64,000 nt of DNA from Thermodesulfobacteriota bacterium (GTDB lineage: Bacteria; Desulfobacterota; Desulfobacteria; Desulfobacterales; C00003060), in the NCBI GenBank assembly GCA_034189385.1, contig JAXHVD010000001.1:192001-256000 (forward strand). Direction: 5' to 3'. The position numbers and the translations under genes were made by a program. Shown in pieces: positions 27,436-37,337 of the stretch. The notes beneath the pieces are model-generated. The model saw nothing but the letters and a program-made list of their open reading frames with translations, did not search any database and was not told where the DNA came from. Numbering within the stretch: position 1 is the first letter of the stretch; every line of letters starts with the position of its first letter.

Positions 27436-30140
27436 TGGACGTTCGCCCAGTTTTGGCCTACCTTAATGTCCACCTTGAGCGGCACTCTGAGTTCATAGAC
27501 CCCTTCCATGAGGGAGGTGACCAGTTTTCTTGCGCTGTCGAGTTCCTCATGGGGGATCTCAAAGACCAGCTCGTCATGGACCTGTAGCAGCATCTTGGCC
27601 TTTAGCCCCTGCCGGTCCAATGCCTCGTGTATGCGTATCATGGCCACCTTGATAAGATCGGCAGCGGTGCCCTGAAGGGGCGTGTTAACGGCTGTGCGCT
27701 CTGCCGACTCCCGGGCGGTGCGGTTTGGGCTTGCAATATCGGGAAGCCACCGGTGACGACCCAGCAGCGTGGTCACCTTCTTAACCTTCCGAGCCTCCTC
27801 AATGGTCTCGGCCGTGAAGCGCTTCACCCCTTTGTACCTGTCAAAATAGTGGTCAATGTAGGTCCTTGCCATCTTGTTGCTGATCCCTAACTCGTTGGCC
27901 AGCCTGAAGGGGCCCATCCCGTAAATGATCCCGAAATTGATGACCTTGGCCTGACGGCGCATCTCCTGCGTAATCATGGAGGGAAAGAGTTGGAAGACCT
28001 CAGCCGCTGTGCGCGTGTGGATATCCTCGTCTCTTTCAAAGGCCTCGACAAGGATGGGGTCTTGAGAGTAGTGGGCTAGGAGTCGAAGTTCTATCTGGGA
28101 ATAGTCTGCAGAGAGCATGACCCAGCCTTGTCGTGGGAGGAAAGCGGCCCGAATCTTGCGACCCTCCTCTGTGCGTATAGGGATATTTTGAAGGTTGGGG
28201 TCACTGCTGCTCAGACGGCCCGTGGCTGTCACCGTCTGATTATAGGACGTGTGGATGCGATCGGTTTCTCCGTGGATCAGATCGACCAGGGCGTCGGCAT
28301 AGGTCGATTTGAGCTTTGCAAGGGAACGGTATTGGAGCACCAGGGCAGGCAATTCGTGTTCTGTTGACAGCGTGGTAAGGACCTGTACGTCCGTGGAATA
28401 ACCGGTTTTCTTTTTGGTCTTTTTCAGGACTGGGAGTTTGAGTTTTTCAAAAAGGATGTAGCCCAATTGCTGGTGGGACTGGATGTTGAATGCTTCCCCG
28501 GCTATGGCGTATATCCGGCCCTGTATCTCATCGAGCTGGCGTTCAAACTCCTTTGATAGGGTCTGCAAACGACCCTTGTCCACACGAATGCCTGACATCT
28601 CCATGTCTACCAGGACCGGTATAAGGGGAATTTCAATCTTTCGGAAAAGGTCCTCAAAGCCCCCTTCTTTCAACTTGGACGCCAGTACCTTGTAGGCCAT
28701 GAAGGTGATGTCTGCGTCTTCACAGGCATAGGGTACGGCATCTGCTATGGGGACCGCTTCAAATCCCCCCCTGTCGCCCTTCCCGCCGGTCACTTCTTCG
28801 TAAGTTATCATCTTGTGGTCCAGGTGTTCTGAGGCAATGGCCTCCAGATTATGGGCCCGAAGGGTAGGGTTAAGGAGATAGGAAGCCACCATGGTGTCAA
28901 AGATGACCCCCTTGAGGTCAATGCCGGCACGTTTTAATACGATCCAGTCGTACTTGATGTTCTGTCCCACCTTGGCCAGGTGCGGGTCTTCCAGCAAAGG
29001 CTTCAATCGGGCCAGCGTCTGCTCAGGGGCAAGCTGTCCAGTTCCCGTTGTCTCGGTGTGCCGCAGAGGGATATATGCCGCTTCATCGGGTCGGCAGGCA
29101 AAGGAGATGCCCACAATAGCCGCCTCCATGGGGTTGATGGCCGTGGTCTCAAGGTCCAGGGCAAAGGCCTTGGTCTTTCTCAGATCATGGATCAGGCCTT
29201 TGAGGGCCTTGTCGTCCACGATGGCCCGGTAGTCTTTGTTGCTCAGGTCCGCCTTGAGCGGAAAGATCTCTTGGAGCTTTCTAAACTCCAAGGTCTTAAA
29301 GAGCCTGGCCAGCTTTTCCTTGTCAGGGCCCAAGACCTTAAAGGTTGACACCTCTGCTGATAAGGGAACCTGCCTGTCGATGGCTACCAGACGTCGGCTC
29401 AACAAGGCCTGGTCCTGATACTGGGTCAGGTTTTCACGGAGTTTCTTCTTGGTGACCTTGTCCAGGTCCTGGAAAAGGGCATCCATGCTTCCAAAGGTCT
29501 TGATTAATCCAAGGGCTGTCTTTTCACCAATGCCTGGCACACCCGGAACATTGTCCGAAGTGTCACCAGCAAGGGCCATGACATCTATCCACTGAGAAGG
29601 CTCCAGGCCGAATTCCTTTCTTAGGCCTTCGTAGTCGATGGTGCGGTCTTTCATGGGATCCCAGATGCTGGTTTGAGGGGAAACCAACTGCTTGAAATCC
29701 TTGTCGCCAGTGACCATAATGACCCTGAATCCTTCTCTCTCGGCGGCCAGGGCGAGGGTTCCTATTATGTCATCAGCCTCATAGCCCTCAAGCTCCAACG
29801 CGGCAATGTTCATCCCTTCGATCACCTCTTTGATATAGGGGATCTGCTCCACAAGATCTTCCGCCATGGGCGGACGATTGGCCTTGTAGGCATGGTACAT
29901 ATCGTGACGAAAAGTGGGACCCTTGGAATCGAAGACCATGGCCACATATTCGGGATGGTGGTCGCCAAGGAGTTTCAGCAGCATGTTCGTGAAGCCGAAA
30001 GTGGCATTAGTGGGCAGGCCCTTGCTTGTGGAAAGGTGGCGCACGGCGTGGTAGGCGCGGTGGATGTAACCGCTTCCGTCAACGAGGTAAATGGCCTTTT
30101 CTGTCAACCTTGTGCTTCCTTCCTGGGTCAGACATACCAT
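27432..30140 (-). CDS. polA: DNA polymerase I
   Basis: LVDGSGYIHRAY 5'-exo, DLETT 3'-exo, TGRLSSSDPNLQNIP, DYSQIELR, QVHDEL; start may be TTG 30107. Confidence 0.98.
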   Translation of the reverse strand: MVCLTQEGSTRLTEKAIYLVDGSGYIHRAYHAVRHLSTSKGLPTNATFGFTNMLLKLLGDHHPEYVAMVFDSKGPTFRHDMYHAYKANRPPMAEDLVEQIPYIKEVIEGMNIAALELEGYEADDIIGTLALAAEREGFRVIMVTGDKDFKQLVSPQTSIWDPMKDRTIDYEGLRKEFGLEPSQWIDVMALAGDTSDNVPGVPGIGEKTALGLIKTFGSMDALFQDLDKVTKKKLRENLTQYQDQALLSRRLVAIDRQVPLSAEVSTFKVLGPDKEKLARLFKTLEFRKLQEIFPLKADLSNKDYRAIVDDKALKGLIHDLRKTKAFALDLETTAINPMEAAIVGISFACRPDEAAYIPLRHTETTGTGQLAPEQTLARLKPLLEDPHLAKVGQNIKYDWIVLKRAGIDLKGVIFDTMVASYLLNPTLRAHNLEAIASEHLDHKMITYEEVTGGKGDRGGFEAVPIADAVPYACEDADITFMAYKVLASKLKEGGFEDLFRKIEIPLIPVLVDMEMSGIRVDKGRLQTLSKEFERQLDEIQGRIYAIAGEAFNIQSHQQLGYILFEKLKLPVLKKTKKKTGYSTDVQVLTTLSTEHELPALVLQYRSLAKLKSTYADALVDLIHGETDRIHTSYNQTVTATGRLSSSDPNLQNIPIRTEEGRKIRAAFLPRQGWVMLSADYSQIELRLLAHYSQDPILVEAFERDEDIHTRTAAEVFQLFPSMITQEMRRQAKVINFGIIYGMGPFRLANELGISNKMARTYIDHYFDRYKGVKRFTAETIEEARKVKKVTTLLGRHRWLPDIASPNRTARESAERTAVNTPLQGTAADLIKVAMIRIHEALDRQGLKAKMLLQVHDELVFEIPHEELDSARKLVTSLMEGVYELRVPLKVDIKVGQNWANVH

Positions 30141-30501
30141 GGGGACAGGTCCTTAGGCAGTGGACCATGCATGGTTAACATGAAACAGGACGCAATACAA
30201 TGCAGTCCGGGGACTTGGGTACAACCAGTTGACATGGCTGATTTTTCCCTTGCCCAAGAGGAATGGCCAGAAGGTGGCCTCATGAGCCGTTGGAACCGAT
30301 TGGGGTTCTGTCACGAGTCCATGGAGACAGGAGACTGGACAATTCAAGTTTCGGCTGATATGGACAATCCCTTGTCTTGTATTACATTACCTTTTGTCGG
30401 ATGCTTTTTCAGGTTGGCTTTGCCGGTTTCATGTCCCTCTGCCAGGGACCCCTTTTGCCAAAGCCGACGGATCAGTGTGAAACCATGCCAGGGCAACACC
30501 T

Positions 30502-30726
30502 ATGGAATCAGAACAGGCTCACAAGCGACCAAGACGCAGGCCCAGAAAGAAGAAGGTCTATTGCTGCCACCTCTGTGGCCGCCGACTTCCCTTCTGCTGG
30601 ACCTGCCGGTGCGGGTTTCAGATCTGTTCTGACTGCATGGAGGAAAACATGTGGGGGATGACCTGTAACGCCATTACGTGGACCTGCCCTGACTGTGGTG
30701 AGCAGCGTGGGTATGGGAACCAATGA
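30502..30726 (+). CDS. Small Cys-rich zinc-finger-like protein
   Basis: Basic N-terminus plus CHLC, CRC, CSDC, CPDCG motifs. Confidence 0.75.
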   Translation: MESEQAHKRPRRRPRKKKVYCCHLCGRRLPFCWTCRCGFQICSDCMEENMWGMTCNAITWTCPDCGEQRGYGNQ

Positions 30727-30729
30727 TCC

Positions 30730-30758
30730 TTGACGCAAGGGTGTGAGCCTGATATTAT
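30730..30758 (+). promoter_or_regulatory. Sigma70 promoter of the tRNA-Ser pair
   Basis: TTGACG-17nt-TATTAT. Confidence 0.65.
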
Positions 30759-30827
30759 TAAATTTTAGGGCTGAGAACATAGACTTGGACGATTCCGGGT
30801 AAGCTTGCCCGGTTGTAAGATGATGCA

Positions 30828-30915
30828 GGAGGGATGGCCGAGTGGTTGAAGGCGGCGGTCTTGAAAACCGTTTCCCTGAAAGGGGACGTGGGTTCGAATC
30901 CTACTCCCTCCGCCA
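30828..30915 (+). tRNA. tRNA-Ser (TGA)
   Basis: Acceptor GGAGGGA/TCCCTCC, anticodon loop CT-TGA-AA, long variable arm, GTTCGAATC, encoded CCA. Confidence 0.96.
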
Positions 30916-31094
30916 TACTTTTTCGGTCCCGTCCTACTCAAAGAACGGGACTGGGGAGTGACTCCAATGCCTAGCCCAGGGGGCAACACGCGTGAGCGAG
31001 ACAGTTGTTTTCGGGACCAGGGCACCCTGTGGCTGAATGGAAAGGACGAGGTTGCACGTCACTTCTTGTTGCCGTTTGGATAAGCATGAACCGC

Positions 31095-31187
31095 GGAGAG
31101 ATGGCCGAGCTGGCTGAAGGCGCTCGCCTGCTAAGCGAGTGTGGGAGGAAACTTCTACCGAGGGTTCGAATCCCTCTCTCTCCGCCA
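31095..31187 (+). tRNA. tRNA-Ser (GCT)
   Basis: Acceptor GGAGAGA/TCTCTCC, anticodon loop CT-GCT-AA, long variable arm, GTTCGAATC, encoded CCA. Confidence 0.96.
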
Positions 31188-31271
31188 TGAACACTATGAG
31201 ATCAAGTGTGATGCCATTGTCATCCGTCGAAAGAAAGAGAGATAAGGGACACTGGCGGATATTTCAGAGAC

Positions 31272-32198
31272 ATGGATGATAGAGATAAAGAAAAGGAGAC
31301 TTTTTCTCATCGCATACTTATCGTCGATGACGAAGAGGTGATCAGGGCCACCCTTTGCCAGATCATGAATCACGCGGGCTACCAGTGCTCAAATGCCGCC
31401 AGTGCGAAAGAGGCCCTGCAGTTCTTGGACCACGAAAAGGTTGATGTGGTGATTACGGATATCAGGATGCCTGGTATGAACGGGTTTGCACTCACGGAAA
31501 CCATTAAACAGAAGCATCATGCTGATGTGATCATCATCACTGGTTACGGAGGCCAATTTTCTTATGAAGAGGCCATGGAGAAGGGTGCCAGCGATTTTGC
31601 GCTGAAGCCGGTTCGTCCCAAGGAACTCATTGCAAGGTTGAGACGGGTCCTCAGGGAACGGGCGCTCCTTGCCGAACGCAGGCGCATGGAAGAACAGTTG
31701 CGAGAGCTTACCGTCACTGATGACCTGACGAGACTCCATAACTCCAGGCACTTTTTCAAAATGCTTCAAGATGAAATAGACAGAGCCAGGCGCTATCATT
31801 CTCCTCTCTCTTTGCTATTGATGGATGTGGATGGCTTCAAACGTTTCAACGACGCCTACGGCCACTTGGAAGGAGACAAGGTCCTGTCAAAACTGGGGGA
31901 GGTTATTCGAGACTGTTTGCGGACCAATGACTCAGGCTATCGTTACGGGGGCGATGAGTTTACCGTGATCCTGCCCGTTACCCGTGGCCAGGAGGCAAAG
32001 AAAGTGGCAGAAAGAATAAGGGAGCAGTTTGAGGCCGTAGCGTTCACTCCTGCCGAGGGCATACACGTTGATGCCACCATTAGCGTGGGGATTGCGGAGT
32101 ACCAACCAGACGAGGGGCTGACGGAGTTTGCAAAAAGGGCCGATGAGGCCATGTACAACGCAAAAAGGCAGGGAGGAGGCCAGACGGTTCTTGCGTAA
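31272..32198 (+). CDS. Response regulator-diguanylate cyclase (REC-GGDEF)
   Basis: ILIVDDE, ITDIRMPGMNG, LKP; RYGGDEF with RxxD I-site (RTND). Confidence 0.93.
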   Translation: MDDRDKEKETFSHRILIVDDEEVIRATLCQIMNHAGYQCSNAASAKEALQFLDHEKVDVVITDIRMPGMNGFALTETIKQKHHADVIIITGYGGQFSYEEAMEKGASDFALKPVRPKELIARLRRVLRERALLAERRRMEEQLRELTVTDDLTRLHNSRHFFKMLQDEIDRARRYHSPLSLLLMDVDGFKRFNDAYGHLEGDKVLSKLGEVIRDCLRTNDSGYRYGGDEFTVILPVTRGQEAKKVAERIREQFEAVAFTPAEGIHVDATISVGIAEYQPDEGLTEFAKRADEAMYNAKRQGGGQTVLA

Positions 32199-32206
32199 GG
32201 CCCCTG

Positions 32207-34666
32207 TCACTTCGTTACTATCTTCACAATGGTAACACCCAGGTTGCTCTCGTTTAGACCTCCGGGACGGGTGGACTGCACCAGGGGGTGTTGGTTTAAA
32301 AATGGGATGAGGTGATTGCGAAGGGCTCCAGATCCTACCCCATGAATGATTCGAACCTCCTTTAGACCGGCCAGCAGGGCATCATCCAAGTACTTGTCCA
32401 CCACTTCCAATGCTTGCTCCACACGCATCCCACGCATGTCGGCTTCAGGTCGCACCCTATCGGGAACAGGTATCTCGACTCGGAAAACGCGGTCTGTTGA
32501 GGGCTGGCCGCCATCTTCAGCCAGGCCCAATTCTTCCCTGGGCACGTGGGCTTTGAGTTTTCCAAAGGCCGTGAGGACACGACCGGTCTGATCTTGCTCA
32601 GAGAGCACCGTACCGGTCATGCCGGTGCGTCTCCAAGCCACCCGGCTTCCTGGCCGAAATGCCGTTTTCAAAGGGGCTTTGCTGTCACCGGGCTGGGGAG
32701 GGGGTTGGCGTTGAATTTGCCTCTTCACCGTCTCTTTTTCTTTCTGGATAAGCCCCTTGGCTTTACGGATGCCTTCCCTGGTGGCACCGGTCTCCCGAAT
32801 GGTCCTTATGGCCTGTTCCACGGTAGCGTTTGCCTGGTCGACAATGGCCCCTGCTTCTTCAGCGGCCCTGTTCCGTAGCCCCTCTGCCTCGCGTTCAAAG
32901 CCAGCTTGCGTCTCCTCAACCTGTCTTTTCAAGCGATCCACTGCGAGCCTTTCTGAGTCTAAATCCCTTTTTAATCGCTTATTTTCCTCGATCTGCTGCT
33001 CAAGCCTCAGGATCAACTCCTCCAGCCGATTGGCTTGACTGCCCATCAAGGTCCTGGAGCGGGCTACCACCTCCTCTGGAAGTCCCATCCGTTTGGCGAT
33101 CTCAAGGGCATAGCTGGAACCAGGAATGTCGGCTCGGAACCGGTACGTAGGGGTCAGGGTTTGTGCGTCAAAGGCCATAGATCCGTTGGCAATCCCTGGA
33201 GTTTGATGGGCAAAGGCCTTCAACGCCCCGTGATGGGTTGTCACCACAGTCATGACACGACGACCCGTCAGGGCCTCTAATACGGCCATGGCCAAGGCCG
33301 CCCCCTCCTGGGGGTCGGTGCCGGTGCCGATCTCGTCGATAAGGACCAGGTCTTGGGAGGTCGCCCCCTCCACGATCCCTTTCATCTCATGAAGGTGGGC
33401 TGAGAAGGTGGAGAGATCCATCTCAATGGATTGGGCATCGCCCACATGGGCAAAGATACGGCCAAAGAGCGGGATCTGAGAATCGGCATCGGCTGGCACA
33501 TGAAGCCCGCAGGAGACCATGAGTGTCAGGAGTCCCAGGGTCTTCAGGGCAACGGTCTTTCCCCCGGCATTTGGCCCCGTGATCACTAGTGTATGAAAGG
33601 CATTGCCCATAGAGAGATTTAGAGGCACCACACTGGAGGTGGGACCTTTCTTTAAGGCAAGCAGGGGATGGCGGCCGTTTCTTATCTGAAGAATGCCATC
33701 TGTATTAACGGCTGGCTCGTGTTGATTCAAGGCCTTGGATGCCAGCCCCATGGCGTTTACACAATCAAGGGTGACAAGGGTGTCAGCGTTTCGGGTCAGG
33801 TCAAACAGGTGCTCGCGCACCTTCTCGGTCAAGGCGTAGAGGATCTTTTCAATTTCGTGATACTCTTCTACTTCAAGACGACGGATCTGGTTATTCAGCT
33901 CCAATGTCACCAGTGGCTCCAAGAAGACCGTCGCCCCGCTGGCGGACTTGTCATGGAGGACCCCTTTTACCAGATGTTTGTGCGTCTCTTTCACCGGCAG
34001 GACCCATCTTCCTGAACGCATGGTGATCAGGCGTTCCTGGAGCACGTCCTGACGCCCCAGCCTGTGGAGGAGGGCTTCCATCTGGCTGCGCACCTGTTCA
34101 CGGGCACGGGCCATCTTGCGACGGATGGCGGCCAGGGCCGGGCTGGCCCGGTCTAGAATGTCGAAAGATCGCAGGTCAATCACCCTGGTGATCTCCTTTG
34201 CCAGGCCAGGGTTGGGGACAAGATCTGTCGCAGCTTCGTGGAGGAGGGGAAAATGGGTCTGATTTTTCTTGACAAAGGCGTGAATGCTGGCGCTCAATTC
34301 CAAAATTCTGTGAATTTGGCGAAAGGCCTTCGGCTCCAGACGGCTTCCTTCCACGGTCAATGACTTGAGATGGGGCCCTATGTCGTCAAAAGCATCCATG
34401 GGAAAGGTCCCGCCAGAATCCATCCATGTCCGGATCTCTGATATTCTTGCCAGGCTCTCTAACGCTAGCTCAGGGCTTGAAAGGGGTTTCAGCCGCTGAA
34501 GGCGTTCGGCCGCAACAGGGCAATGGGCGCGGCGGGCCAGGTCCTCTAGGACCTTGTCGAATTCTAGGGTCTGATAAAGAGGATTGCTCAAGGCTTGATG
34601 GACTCGCAGACAAAGACTTGTCGATAGGTCGTCACCTTTGGACCGGATAATAGGTTGACCACGCAT
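32207..34666 (-). CDS. mutS2: Endonuclease MutS2
   Basis: SASGATVFLEP, ITGPNAGGKT, LSTFS, DEIGTGTDPQEG, C-terminal Smr IIHGVGSG; true start probably slightly downstream. Confidence 0.95.
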   Translation of the reverse strand: MRGQPIIRSKGDDLSTSLCLRVHQALSNPLYQTLEFDKVLEDLARRAHCPVAAERLQRLKPLSSPELALESLARISEIRTWMDSGGTFPMDAFDDIGPHLKSLTVEGSRLEPKAFRQIHRILELSASIHAFVKKNQTHFPLLHEAATDLVPNPGLAKEITRVIDLRSFDILDRASPALAAIRRKMARAREQVRSQMEALLHRLGRQDVLQERLITMRSGRWVLPVKETHKHLVKGVLHDKSASGATVFLEPLVTLELNNQIRRLEVEEYHEIEKILYALTEKVREHLFDLTRNADTLVTLDCVNAMGLASKALNQHEPAVNTDGILQIRNGRHPLLALKKGPTSSVVPLNLSMGNAFHTLVITGPNAGGKTVALKTLGLLTLMVSCGLHVPADADSQIPLFGRIFAHVGDAQSIEMDLSTFSAHLHEMKGIVEGATSQDLVLIDEIGTGTDPQEGAALAMAVLEALTGRRVMTVVTTHHGALKAFAHQTPGIANGSMAFDAQTLTPTYRFRADIPGSSYALEIAKRMGLPEEVVARSRTLMGSQANRLEELILRLEQQIEENKRLKRDLDSERLAVDRLKRQVEETQAGFEREAEGLRNRAAEEAGAIVDQANATVEQAIRTIRETGATREGIRKAKGLIQKEKETVKRQIQRQPPPQPGDSKAPLKTAFRPGSRVAWRRTGMTGTVLSEQDQTGRVLTAFGKLKAHVPREELGLAEDGGQPSTDRVFRVEIPVPDRVRPEADMRGMRVEQALEVVDKYLDDALLAGLKEVRIIHGVGSGALRNHLIPFLNQHPLVQSTRPGGLNESNLGVTIVKIVTK

Positions 34667-34780
34667 AACCTCTCATGTATGGATTGTCAACGCCAAAAGG
34701 GGCGCACAGAAGAGGCGTGCGTTGGAGGTTCTGAGGCCTACCTTGCCTTGAACTGTGTTGAGAGAAGAAAGAGAGGGGCA

Positions 34781-35164
34781 TTGAAAGAGGAGATCCAGAA
34801 GAGGGCACTGCGGGCCATCAGGGCCATTCCAAAGGGCTACTTGAGCGACTTGGTGGTGAAAGAAACCATTCGGTGCGTCCTGTATGAGTTTTTAAAGGAA
34901 AAGGGTCTTCGACCCGTTCCTGCCTTCCGGAATCCTCGCTTTCCAGAGGGCCCTGTGGACATCGTGGGTGTAAAGGAAGATCATGCCGTTGAGATTGCCT
35001 TTTCGAGCAACCCTACGATTGAGCTCAAAGACATCAAGAGTCTGGAACGGGTGGCCTGTGAGAAGAAATTCGTGCTCAGCTTTTCTCCCAATCAAGAAAA
35101 GGTTAAGATGAGCACCTTTTTCCTAAAACCCGGCATCGAGCATATTGATATCTACGAAAGGTGA
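34781..35164 (+). CDS. Hypothetical protein, possible restriction-endonuclease-like fold
   Basis: Protein-like ORF with GPVDIVG...VEIAF; start TTG 34781 after GAGGGG. Confidence 0.6.
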   Translation: MKEEIQKRALRAIRAIPKGYLSDLVVKETIRCVLYEFLKEKGLRPVPAFRNPRFPEGPVDIVGVKEDHAVEIAFSSNPTIELKDIKSLERVACEKKFVLSFSPNQEKVKMSTFFLKPGIEHIDIYER

Positions 35165-35321
35165 GCCTTTGCCCTTCAGCCCGGAGACGCCAAGGTCGCG
35201 ACCGTAGCTGTTGAGCTGTTGGCTCATGAGCTGATTGGCTTACCAGCTTTCTTCCTCTGCACTTTGCTGTAGACGACTTTGCCTCTGGTTTTTCCGGGCC
35301 TCTTAAGATGAGTTCAGCCAT

Positions 35322-36077
35322 ATGAGCCAAACATTTCCTGTCATTGATACCCATGCCCATTTAGACGAGCTTCCGGACCCACAGGAGGACATCGAAAGGG
35401 CCAGGGAGGGGGGCGTTGTCGGCATCGTGGCCGTGGGCCAAGACATCACCTCCAACGAGAAGACCTTAGAGATAGCAAGTCAGAACCAGGGATTGGTCTT
35501 TCCGGCCCTGGGGTATCATCCTTGGCGGCTCAACCCGGACGATGATGAAAAGACCCTTGCCCAGATTGAGACACACCTCCCCCAGTGCGTTGCCCTGGGC
35601 GAAGTGGGCCTGGACTACAAGGCCAAGACCAAGAAAAAGGTCCAAAAGGCCATGTTTGTTAGAATCTTGGCCATAGCCAAGAAACACGACAAACCGGTCA
35701 TTGTGCACTGCCGGTATTCCCACCAAACAGCTTATGAGATGATCAGAGAGGCTGGCCTCAAGATGGCGGTTTTTCACTGGTACAGCGGCCCCCTGGAATT
35801 GATCCCCCTTATCGCAGCTGCGGGCTATTACATGTCTGCCTGTCCGGCCCTTCTCTACAACCCTTATCATGAAAAGGCCATAGCGGCCGTGCCCCTTTCC
35901 AACCTTCTTCTGGAGACAGACACACCGGTCCAGTATCAGGAATTGGTCTCAAGGCCAGTCCATGTCCAGGTTACCTTAAAAGAAGCGGCCCGCGTCAAGG
36001 GAATCAGCGCTGAGGAAATCGCAGCGGAGACCACGGAAAATGCCAGACGGTGCTTTGGCTTAAAGGGGCCGGCCTAA
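35322..36077 (+). CDS. TatD family hydrolase
   Basis: IDTHAHL, GYHP, LGEVGLDY, VHCR, FHWYSG, LETDTP. Confidence 0.93.
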   Translation: MSQTFPVIDTHAHLDELPDPQEDIERAREGGVVGIVAVGQDITSNEKTLEIASQNQGLVFPALGYHPWRLNPDDDEKTLAQIETHLPQCVALGEVGLDYKAKTKKKVQKAMFVRILAIAKKHDKPVIVHCRYSHQTAYEMIREAGLKMAVFHWYSGPLELIPLIAAAGYYMSACPALLYNPYHEKAIAAVPLSNLLLETDTPVQYQELVSRPVHVQVTLKEAARVKGISAEEIAAETTENARRCFGLKGPA

Positions 36078-36091
36078 GGACCTTCCTATTC

Positions 36092-36304
36092 TGAACCGAT
36101 TAAGCGAGCGCATTTTCCACAGGAGAGCTACGGCAGCCCCCGTAGGTTCTGCCTGACGGCAGTGGTTCTGCGCGTTGGCAGTGCTAGCGCGGAGCGGGCT
36201 GCGGGGTTAGCGAGCGTATATAAAATGAGACATATTCCTTACGGTCGCTGCGACGCACTGCCGCTAGGTAGAACATTCCCTGCAGCTTGCTGCAGGGTCT
36301 TCAA
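36092..36304 (+). repeat. Palindromic dispersed element, copy C (two-hairpin form)
   Basis: TGAACCGATTAAGCGAGCGCATT...GGCTGCGGGGTTAGCGAGCG...CCTTACGGTCG...ATTCCCTGCAGCTTGCTGCAGGGTCTTCAA. Confidence 0.88.
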
Positions 36305-36527
36305 TGATATTGTGGCAGCATCATTTGTAGGCTCCAAAAAGGTCAAGGCCCAGCTCTCTTCCGTCTTCCGTTGTCTCTTTTCATTTCGTCTTGTGAGCGG
36401 ACACTGCGAGAGATACCAGCAGGTTCTGCAGACGAAGACCCATCAACCCTGAGGGGGGATCCACATGAAAAGGCCACTGAAAGCATGCCTGCCCAGCTCC
36501 TGACAGGGTGGCCTGTGTCAAATCCTT

Positions 36528-36731
36528 GGTAACGTTCAAAAGTTGCGGCAAAGGCCTTCAGCAGGCAGTCAGAGGGATAGGGGTGATCGCTAAACGCAGG
36601 CATACAGCCATTGCCATCTACACAAATGGCATAGGCGACCTAAAGGCATTGGATGCCGAAGAGAAGCGATTATCCCTATCTCGAAGTTGGTCGTCCAGAA
36701 ATCCACCAAGTCAACACTTTTGAACGTTACT
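36528..36731. mobile_element. 204-bp MITE with 16-bp terminal inverted repeats and 8-bp target-site duplication
   Basis: TIRs GGTAACGTTCAAAAGT / ACTTTTGAACGTTACT (15/16); AAATCCTT at 36520-36527 and 36732-36739. Confidence 0.85.
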
Positions 36732-36951
36732 AAATCCTTAGGCCAACGGCACAAAAAGTTGGCCTAATGCCTTAAAGGTATATTATATATATCATCGCCT
36801 TAGCGTTCGATCCCAGAAGGTCTGAAAGAAACAAGAGGAAGCATGGCATGATGCTGCACGGCGATCGCTTTACAGCTTCAGATAGCCTTTTATGCTTTGC
36901 ATCCCCGCCGCTGGTTCGGCGCAAACCTATTGAAGGCTGGATTTCACGCCG

Positions 36952-37185
36952 TTGAGACCTGAGACCAGACGCAAGATTGATTTGTGGCTGGGGAAACCAT
37001 GCTGCGCCGTTCTCACGCTCCTTGCGAAGATGGGAGACCGAAGGGGCAAAGGCAACGACCCAAGCGCACCGCCCCAGAAGATTCTGCTGCTAAAACTGAT
37101 TGAACAGGGCACCACGGTTTTGGCCTGTCCTGCAATGACAACCGCTGTCTGCAGCAGATTTCAGTGGCGCAGGTTTTTGAAATAG
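36952..37185 (+). pseudogene. Truncated glycosyltransferase family 9 (heptosyltransferase-like) N-terminus
   Basis: RKIDLWLGKP...PQKILLLKLIEQGTTVLACPAM resembles a GT9 N-terminus, then the similarity ends. Confidence 0.6.
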
Positions 37186-37337
37186 TACGGGATCTTCTCT
37201 CAAAGGGGAGGGTGGCGGGTAGGAAGGTCAAGAGTATACAAAAAGAGGCGTGAAGCGACACCCAAACTCCTAACCTCGCCGCTTATGTGTAGCACGGCGC
37301 CGGCATCTCGCCATCTGAGTCAGTCAACGAGGAATGC

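Noticed and set aside
29673..30632. Long antisense ORFs such as 29673-30632, 13274-14209, 58439-59302, 6253-6996
   Set aside because: They shadow well-supported genes on the opposite strand and have no recognisable motifs.
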